A stretch of DNA of 64,000 nucleotides, taken from the NCBI GenBank assembly GCA_964413155.1, contig CAYPRT010000001.1:235863-299862 (forward strand), in the 5' to 3' direction. This stretch comes from an uncultured Hyphomicrobiales bacterium (GTDB taxonomy: Bacteria; Bacteroidota; Ignavibacteria; Kapaibacteriales; UBA2268). The translations under genes were made by a program, and so were the position numbers. Below are positions 10,460-17,348 of this stretch, piece by piece (within the stretch, counting starts at the first letter, position 1; each line of letters begins with the position of its first letter). The notes beneath the pieces were generated by a model, which saw nothing but the letters and a program-made list of their open reading frames with translations, ran no database searches and was not told the DNA's origin.

Positions 10460-13291
10460 TCAATTTTTCAAAATAATAAGAGGTAGTCGGTAAATGCTCC
10501 TACCTGTGTGCAATACGAAATAATACAGACCGCTATGTAGAATGGATAAATCTATTTCTTGATTACTTGCAGATGAAAGCAACTGATTAATTTCCAATTC
10601 TTTAAAACCCATAATATTGAAGATTTCGATTTTCAAAACTTCTTGCTCGATGTTTTGCACGAAGACTTTTCCAGTCGAAGGATTTGGATGAATCAGAACT
10701 GAAGAAGTTTGTTCCAATACACTACTTGGCTCGGAAATCGAAAAAGTTTGACTTTCAGCATAAAGGTTCTTATTCTTTAAAGAAGAAATACGAAGTTTAT
10801 AATCATCACCAACAGGTAGCAAATTCGAAACATTCCAAATGTATTTACCAAAAGCACTGTAAATCGAATCGGAGATATTCATAATAGGAGCATTACCTTT
10901 GAAGAGTGTAATTTCGAAAGCAGGATAAATATTATGTTTCCACTCAATTTTTACATCCATTTCTTTAATCCATTTATCGCCAATTGCAGGCGAAATGATT
11001 GTAACAAATGGCTTTTTAACTTCAAATGTATCCTCATCGGACCATTCACTGGTCCCAAAGCTGTTTACAGCTCTAACTTTCCAACTATATTTCCCTTCTC
11101 CTAATTTACCAAGATTTAGAATGTTTGTCTTTAATACATCGTAAGTTGCCTCGACAGGAAATCCATCATCAATTTTTTTAATTGAAAGTTGAGAATAATT
11201 GATTTTACCTCTGGGAGTCCATTGACAAAAGACCGAGTCTTCGGTATTCAAAACAGAATTATTCGGTGGGTATGTTAACATTGGTTTCAAAGGCAATGAA
11301 CCAATATCTTGAGTACCTAAAATATATTCCCCGTCAAGATTTTCTACACTCGCAAAAAGAATATTTGCAAGTGTGTCGTAAACTGTTTCCAATGGTTCAA
11401 AAGGTTCATCGGGGGACATTCGTCGAAATACGATAAGATTTTTCTTATGCAAACACAAAGGAAATTTAATCAGGTCGAAACCTAAAAGCACCTTCGATGT
11501 GGTAATTTTTTCTGTTTTAATGATAATCTTATATTGGTTAACCAAAGGTGTGGCACCAACAAACCTTGGATAGAGTGGAGCATATGGATACTTTTCTAAT
11601 GTGATTTTTGAACTTTCTTCGTCGGTCAATTCTTTGAAAAACGCAAAAACACCTGTGTTGATAGTGTCGTTTTTGAAATCCAAAATACCATTGGAGATTA
11701 TTTGAGAAATATTTTCAAATGCAACAACTCCTTCGGGAACCATTGTAGGATAAGGAAAGCGATAAGCACGATAAGAAGTTGTTTGGAAAGAAACACCTTT
11801 AGGAAAGGACAATTCAAATTCTATTTCGCCAGCGGGATTAACTTCGGTTACAATCCGAACATGACCCGAATTTACGCCACCCCAACCAATTACAGTATTA
11901 CCATTTGGAAGACGTTGTGTTGAACCCATTGTTTCGCCAAAAATGTCAGGATTATTCCGGTATTCCCAAACGAGTTCAGCTGTAAAGTTCTGTTCATCCA
12001 ATTTATATTCAACTGCACGAGAATACGGCGGATTGTGTTGATTCCCGTTGTCGTAAAGGGTAATATTTCCATTGGGTAGACGGCGAATATCGTGTTGGTA
12101 TGAAAAGAAAGTAGGCTTGTTTTCAGGATGTTCATTAATAAATGTAAATTGGTTCTTCTTTCCACCAAGTCGCCAGATAATTTCACCAGTTTCACGGCTA
12201 ATTTTTGTAATTTCGGAAAGATGCCGCGAAGATATTAACAAATGACCATCGTAGTCCAATTCAACAGCATTAATGTGAACAGGGTCGACAGCAATACCAT
12301 CCAGTTGTGCATAACTATCAGTTATTGGAATGTGGTCCCAACTTCGCCATTGGAAAACGACATTCTTATCGGCATCCAATTCTTGAACAATGCTTCCAAG
12401 AACAATTGCATTAGGATTACCTTGAGGAATTACTTGGCTCATATCAACTGGTTGAGGGTCGTAAGAAATAAGAAGGTAGTGACCATTAGGCAACATTTTA
12501 AAATCGTGAAAATCAGCAATATATCCACCCTGACATCGGATTGTGTCGATGATTTTTAAATCAGGATCCATAACTTCCATATATGCTTCAGCCCAGCCCC
12601 AACCTTGTGGAATATGGGATGTAATTATATGACCATTGCTCAACAACCCATTTGGTTGCATCTTGAAATCGAAGCCAGGAAGAGGAACTTTTTTATATTT
12701 TACTGGTTTCCCGTCATTATCGAGAATCATTAGGTAACTTCTGTCGACCCCACTTCCAAAATTTGCAAGGTAAATGTAACCAGGAGCAGGATTGCGAACG
12801 GAATCAATAATAATCTTTGGAAAATCAGGAGGAATTGAATCTTGAAGAATATCTTCGTTAGTGGTTTTTTCAACTTGATTGAAACTTAAAAGGGCATTGC
12901 TTATTTCTGGGAAGCAGTATGAAAAATATTTTACAAAAATATTTTTTTGCTCGAATGGAGTGACTTTTGAGGTTCGAAATGAATATTTATCTCCTGCAAC
13001 TTCAATTTTGATTTCTTCATCTGTGGCAAATAATCTATGTGTTTTAATTGAAATAGTTTTTTTATCGTCAGAAAGATTTATATCAAAACTATGTTCCCCG
13101 CTTTTTTCCCCAAAAATTCTAATTTTGCTATAAATTTCGTTGCTATTTATTTCCTTGTCGAATCGAAGAATTATTGGAGTTTGTAGTGAATGCATACCTG
13201 TATTTGGTATTGGGTATACAGAAGTTAATGTTTGACTAAACACTAAATTATTTAAGCAAGTAAATAATAGTAAAATGAAGAATCTCCTCAT
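10460..13291 (-). CDS. Paralogous secreted ASST-like beta-propeller protein with an Fn3 module and T9SS C-terminal domain
   Basis: DFHDFKMLPNGHYLLIS...HINAVELDYDGHLLISSRHLSEITKISRETGEIIWRLGG parallels the upstream gene. CTD HPNPSTGKVFV...KIEIFNIMG...SGLYYFVLHTG. Start moved to the ATG at 13291 (MRRFFILLLFTCLNNLVFSQ signal peptide). The tracked ORF has 65 non-signal-like codons before it. 8-bp gap to the upstream paralog suggests an operon. Confidence 0.55.
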   Translation of the reverse strand: MRRFFILLLFTCLNNLVFSQTLTSVYPIPNTGMHSLQTPIILRFDKEINSNEIYSKIRIFGEKSGEHSFDINLSDDKKTISIKTHRLFATDEEIKIEVAGDKYSFRTSKVTPFEQKNIFVKYFSYCFPEISNALLSFNQVEKTTNEDILQDSIPPDFPKIIIDSVRNPAPGYIYLANFGSGVDRSYLMILDNDGKPVKYKKVPLPGFDFKMQPNGLLSNGHIITSHIPQGWGWAEAYMEVMDPDLKIIDTIRCQGGYIADFHDFKMLPNGHYLLISYDPQPVDMSQVIPQGNPNAIVLGSIVQELDADKNVVFQWRSWDHIPITDSYAQLDGIAVDPVHINAVELDYDGHLLISSRHLSEITKISRETGEIIWRLGGKKNQFTFINEHPENKPTFFSYQHDIRRLPNGNITLYDNGNQHNPPYSRAVEYKLDEQNFTAELVWEYRNNPDIFGETMGSTQRLPNGNTVIGWGGVNSGHVRIVTEVNPAGEIEFELSFPKGVSFQTTSYRAYRFPYPTMVPEGVVAFENISQIISNGILDFKNDTINTGVFAFFKELTDEESSKITLEKYPYAPLYPRFVGATPLVNQYKIIIKTEKITTSKVLLGFDLIKFPLCLHKKNLIVFRRMSPDEPFEPLETVYDTLANILFASVENLDGEYILGTQDIGSLPLKPMLTYPPNNSVLNTEDSVFCQWTPRGKINYSQLSIKKIDDGFPVEATYDVLKTNILNLGKLGEGKYSWKVRAVNSFGTSEWSDEDTFEVKKPFVTIISPAIGDKWIKEMDVKIEWKHNIYPAFEITLFKGNAPIMNISDSIYSAFGKYIWNVSNLLPVGDDYKLRISSLKNKNLYAESQTFSISEPSSVLEQTSSVLIHPNPSTGKVFVQNIEQEVLKIEIFNIMGFKELEINQLLSSASNQEIDLSILHSGLYYFVLHTGRSIYRLPLIILKN

Positions 13292-13626
13292 ACTTATACT
13301 CCCGTATTTGATTAATAATAAATAATTAATCCTCTGTTTTGAAATGCTAATTAATAACAGGTTTGTGTATGATTTGTTACATTTTTCATCAATATCCATA
13401 TTTATAATGTTTTTTCTTTTATCTAGTGGCAAAATAATTTTAACAAAAATTTCAAAAAATAGTTCAAAAAATGAAATTTTTGTCAAAAATTTCCATTGAA
13501 TTTTTGTCGTATAAACAACTACAAGAAATTAAAAGAAGTTGACAAAAAATCAAATTATTTAAAAAACCTTTTAATGATATTAGATTTTTTTTATTATTAT
13601 TGCATTTTTAATTTTATCTTTGTCAT
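13292..13626. promoter_or_regulatory. AT-rich divergent promoter region (ASST-like operon / ABC-2 permease) with repeated TTG(A/T)CAAAAA elements
   Basis: 335 bp non-coding. tttTTGTCAAAAAttt and aagTTGACAAAAAAtc lie ~80 bp apart, with a further tttttgtcg copy. No ORF. Confidence 0.4.
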
Positions 13627-14916
13627 ATGTCAAAATCAAAGTTTTGGGTGATTGCAAGTAATGAGTATCTTCGATATTTGAAATCCAAGAGTTTTTGGAT
13701 TACCACATTTGTTCTCCCGATTGCTTGGATACTAATTCTGGTCATACCAAATGTTATCGCAGTAATGTCATTCAAAAAAACAGAGATGAAAATTGCCGTT
13801 GTCGACCGCACTAGTTCAAAATTGGGAAATGAGATAGTAAAATCGGAAAGCAAAACCTTCTATCTTGAAAAGCGCGGTGTAAAGGCTTTGAATCAAGAAA
13901 TCATCGAAGGCAAATTAGATGGTTATATCTTGCTAAAAGATGACGACTTAAAGAAAAATTCTGCTGTATTGTTTACCAAAGGTGGCGGGGGATTAAGCCT
14001 TATCAACGTTGTAGAAAAGACTTTGACCGAGGTTTTCCGTAAACATAGACTTTTAGAAAAGGGTATCGACCCCCAAATAGTTAACTTTGTACTGGATGAA
14101 GTTAAAATCGAAACAAAAAAAGTTACCAGAGAAGGAGTTGAAAAGGATTATGCAAGTTTTTATGGAATTCTTGGCTACATAATGTCTTTTCTCATTTACA
14201 TTCTTCTTTTCATATATGGTGCAATGGTTATGCGAGGAGTGATAGAAGAAAAAACCAGTCGAATCATCGAAATTTTACTCTCCTCGGCTCGACCATTTGA
14301 TATTATGTTTGGTAAAATCCTTGGTATTGGTTCCGTAGGATTAACACAAATACTTATTTGGCTTGTTCTCTTAGCAATATTAAGTCTATTTTCAACTCAA
14401 ATTATTAATCTTTTTGTTTCACCCTCGAACCTCACCGCAGGAATAGATACAATATCCCAAAACCAACAAATGCCAAATTTCGAAATTCCACCTTTACCTT
14501 TGTTTCCAGTTCTACTTTTCATTGCATATTTCATTCTTGGATATTTCTTTTTTGCAACTTTGTTTTCTGGCATTGGGGCTAGTGTAGACCAAGAACAAGA
14601 TGCTCAAACGATTAGTACTCCTGTTTACTTATTTCTAATTATCCCTATTATGTTTGTCTCTGCAATTACAGCCGACCCCGAAAGCACACTTTCGGTTTGC
14701 CTATCGTTGGTTCCGCCTTTTACACCAATTTTAATGACGGTAAGAATTTTCGCAACATCTGTCCCCACCTGGCAGATAATTTTATCATTCGTTCTTTTGT
14801 TTCTTTCAATTTGGGGGAGCATTATTCTATCGGCAAAAATTTATCGAATTGGAATATTGATTTATGGTAAAAAGCCAACATTCAAAGAAATTTACCGCTG
14901 GCTTCGCCAAGCTTAA
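13627..14916 (+). CDS. ABC-2 family (NatB-like) transporter permease; no cognate ATPase adjacent
   Basis: N-terminal TM (FWITTFVLPIAWILILVIPNVIAV), a ~150-aa extracytoplasmic loop, then a 5-6 TM cluster. This is the ABC2_membrane_3-like topology. Confidence 0.6.
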   Translation: MSKSKFWVIASNEYLRYLKSKSFWITTFVLPIAWILILVIPNVIAVMSFKKTEMKIAVVDRTSSKLGNEIVKSESKTFYLEKRGVKALNQEIIEGKLDGYILLKDDDLKKNSAVLFTKGGGGLSLINVVEKTLTEVFRKHRLLEKGIDPQIVNFVLDEVKIETKKVTREGVEKDYASFYGILGYIMSFLIYILLFIYGAMVMRGVIEEKTSRIIEILLSSARPFDIMFGKILGIGSVGLTQILIWLVLLAILSLFSTQIINLFVSPSNLTAGIDTISQNQQMPNFEIPPLPLFPVLLFIAYFILGYFFFATLFSGIGASVDQEQDAQTISTPVYLFLIIPIMFVSAITADPESTLSVCLSLVPPFTPILMTVRIFATSVPTWQIILSFVLLFLSIWGSIILSAKIYRIGILIYGKKPTFKEIYRWLRQA

Positions 14917-14926
14917 ATAAAAGAGA

Positions 14927-15226
14927 ATGAAAAACAAAAGATACGAAAAAAGTATTCGAATTGATACGGTTCTGCACGACTTAATAGAAAATATCATTGA
15001 TAAAAAGAAAAACCCGTTGCTTCGGATTGAGCTTGCTTGGCAAGAAATTTTCCCTGCATCTATTACTCGAAACTGCCAGCCCGTGCATTTCCGTAAAGGA
15101 ATTTTGACCGTTAAATGTTCGAATTCGGTATGGAAATCCGAAATGATTTTCCATAAATTTCAGATGATTGAGAAAATCAACAATAAATTAGGTGAAGAAT
15201 TAATTTTTGATATATTTTTTCGATAA
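14927..15226 (+). CDS. DUF721 (DciA-like, helicase-loader-family) small protein
   Basis: 99 aa. AWQEIFPASITRNCQPVHFRKGILTVKCSNSVWKSEMIFHKFQMIEKINNKLGEELIFDIFF follows the DUF721 pattern W.EIVG..IA.HT.P..L..G.L.V.V.SS.WA.EL...K..I..KLN..LG...V.DI.F (consensus recalled from memory). Usually found between recF and gyrB. Confidence 0.7.
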   Translation: MKNKRYEKSIRIDTVLHDLIENIIDKKKNPLLRIELAWQEIFPASITRNCQPVHFRKGILTVKCSNSVWKSEMIFHKFQMIEKINNKLGEELIFDIFFR

Positions 15227-15246
15227 TTTTTTTAAAAGGAGGTTTT

Positions 15247-17253
15247 ATGAAAAGATTTTACTTTCTTACCCTTATTCTTTTAGCCTGTTTGAGCATTTCC
15301 CTAAATGCTCAATACGTTCGGCGAGTTATTGTCGAAGAAGCGACAAACGCATCGTGTGGACCTTGCGCTTCCCAAAATCCTACTTTTCAAAAGTGGTTGT
15401 CAAATCATCTCGACCGTGTAATTCCAGTTATTTATCACGCTTGGTGGCCCGGTCCTAATGACCCAATGTATTTATACGATACCATTATGAATAAAACTCG
15501 AATTCAATACTATGGAATAACTGGCGTTCCAAGCGGTAGGATTAATGGAAAGATTGCTACTCCATCTGGCTCATACTACGCAGGTGCTGTCGCCGATACA
15601 GTGGCATTAAACAATGAACTCAACCAAACTCCTTTTTACTCATTTATTAATGTTTCCATTAAGGATTTCAACTTTAGTGCTAATGATGGCTCTGGTTCTG
15701 TTAAAGTCGAGATCACAAGCGATATTCCTATTTCAAACAAATTTTTGCGTGTAGCTATTTGCGAAGAACATCATTACTATGAAAATGCCGGAACTAATGG
15801 CGAAAAAGACTTCTATTATCTTGTTAGACAAATGCTTCCCAATGCAAGAGGAACTCTTTTAAATATTGCCGCAGGTGAAACTCAAACTTTCGAATTTAAC
15901 TTCAATGTCGACCCATCTTTTACCGACGACTTGTATGCTGTTTCTTTCATTCAAGATGATGCAAACAAAGAAATTCTTCAGGGCAACTGGACAAAAAGTA
16001 CTAATTTATCAGAACCAGATTATTATGTAATGGTAACTACACAAAACCTTGTTGCTGTTGGAAACACAAACGACACTTTTCAGTTCGAATCATTGGTTTT
16101 GAACAACACACCCGAAGAAATCACTTTCGATTTAAGCATTTCGGGCGATATTCCATCCGACTGGACAGCAAAAATTGACAAAGATTTAACCCAACTTGTT
16201 ATTCCACCAAAATCTAAAGCAAATGTTACAGCAATCGTCCAAATTGGCTCCACACCAACATCAGTTGATATTTCTCTTAACTTGAAAAGTAACACCAACA
16301 ATATCGAGTTGACTACTCCATCGATGAGAGTTTATCATTCGGGAATTCAAAGACTACATATACTTGCGGGCGAGCAAAAGCATTCTATTATGCCTATTGT
16401 AGAGTCAACACTCGGCAAAGGCTATGCAGCAGACATTTCTTTGGATGATATGACCGCAAATACCTCAAAATTCACCTCATTGAAAACTATAATCTGGGAT
16501 GGTAGCACTACTGGTGATTTCACTGCATCTTCGGTTAATTTAATTACCGATGCAATAAGTAATAACTTGAATATATTTATTCTTGGTGGAAGAATCACGC
16601 CAGGTCTGATTTCGAATGGAATGCTTCCCTACTTTGGTCTTGCTTTTATTGCTTACTGCCGAGAAGGTTACTACTCCCCATACTCTGTTACTCTTGCAGG
16701 CGTTCCTGGTGACCCAATAACTGGCGATTTTGGAAACAATATCCAAGGGAATTTGATAAATTACTTGTTGCCTTTATATAAAATAGTAAACAAACAAACC
16801 ACAACTCCTATTATGACATTTGCAAAATCTGCAGACTCAATTTTCGCCGTCAAAGTTGAATTTATCAAATCACGTACTATTGTTTTAGGTATGAATCCAT
16901 TCATACTTTCCGACCAAACAATCCGCGAAAAATTAATTACCCGCTCACTTCTTTGGCTCGAAGGTCTTTCTAATGTTGATTTAGAGGAATTTGGCTTTGA
17001 TATTGCAATTGCACCTAACCCAGCTTCGAATTTTACATATTTAACATTGACTGCCCAAAATGTTACCGAAAATGTTGTTATTCGTTTGATTGACATTCAG
17101 GGACGCATTTTGAGGACAATATTCGAAGGAACTCTAAAAGAAGGAAAAAATACTATTCCTATTTCTCTGGTGGGCTTGCCAACTCAACCAATCTTTGTTA
17201 ATGTAGAAAACCGAACTGGAACCAAAACAATCAAATTGATTAAAACCGAGTAA
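15247..17253 (+). CDS. T9SS cargo protein with an N-terminal thioredoxin-motif (CGPC) Omp28-like domain
   Basis: SD AAAGGAGG, signal peptide, EEATNASCGPCASQNPTF (thioredoxin-type CGPC). C-terminal APNPASNFTYLTL...VVIRLIDIQGRILRTIFEG...NTIPISLVGLPTQPIFVNV is a textbook T9SS type-A CTD. Confidence 0.6.
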   Translation: MKRFYFLTLILLACLSISLNAQYVRRVIVEEATNASCGPCASQNPTFQKWLSNHLDRVIPVIYHAWWPGPNDPMYLYDTIMNKTRIQYYGITGVPSGRINGKIATPSGSYYAGAVADTVALNNELNQTPFYSFINVSIKDFNFSANDGSGSVKVEITSDIPISNKFLRVAICEEHHYYENAGTNGEKDFYYLVRQMLPNARGTLLNIAAGETQTFEFNFNVDPSFTDDLYAVSFIQDDANKEILQGNWTKSTNLSEPDYYVMVTTQNLVAVGNTNDTFQFESLVLNNTPEEITFDLSISGDIPSDWTAKIDKDLTQLVIPPKSKANVTAIVQIGSTPTSVDISLNLKSNTNNIELTTPSMRVYHSGIQRLHILAGEQKHSIMPIVESTLGKGYAADISLDDMTANTSKFTSLKTIIWDGSTTGDFTASSVNLITDAISNNLNIFILGGRITPGLISNGMLPYFGLAFIAYCREGYYSPYSVTLAGVPGDPITGDFGNNIQGNLINYLLPLYKIVNKQTTTPIMTFAKSADSIFAVKVEFIKSRTIVLGMNPFILSDQTIREKLITRSLLWLEGLSNVDLEEFGFDIAIAPNPASNFTYLTLTAQNVTENVVIRLIDIQGRILRTIFEGTLKEGKNTIPISLVGLPTQPIFVNVENRTGTKTIKLIKTE

Positions 17254-17273
17254 AAGTGCTTCCGATAAATTCA

Positions 17274-17301
17274 GGGAGGCTCCAACGAACCTCCCTTTTT
17301 T
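17274..17301 (+). terminator. Rho-independent terminator after the Omp28-like cargo gene
   Basis: GGGAGG(17274-17279) - loop CTCCAACGAA - CCTCCC(17290-17295) followed by TTTTTTGTTT. Confidence 0.7.
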
Positions 17302-17348
17302 GTTTCAATACAGGAATCAACAACAAAATTCGAATTAATTTAATTGAC

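Noticed and set aside
13292-13486. N-terminal 65 codons of the tracked 1008-aa ORF
   Set aside because: The hydrophilic, non-signal-like sequence precedes a perfect signal peptide that begins at an ATG with an upstream GGAG. The gene most likely starts at 13291.
15207-15458. 83-aa ORF overlapping the start of the T9SS cargo gene
   Set aside because: Alternative frame of a real gene that has a strong SD at 15247.
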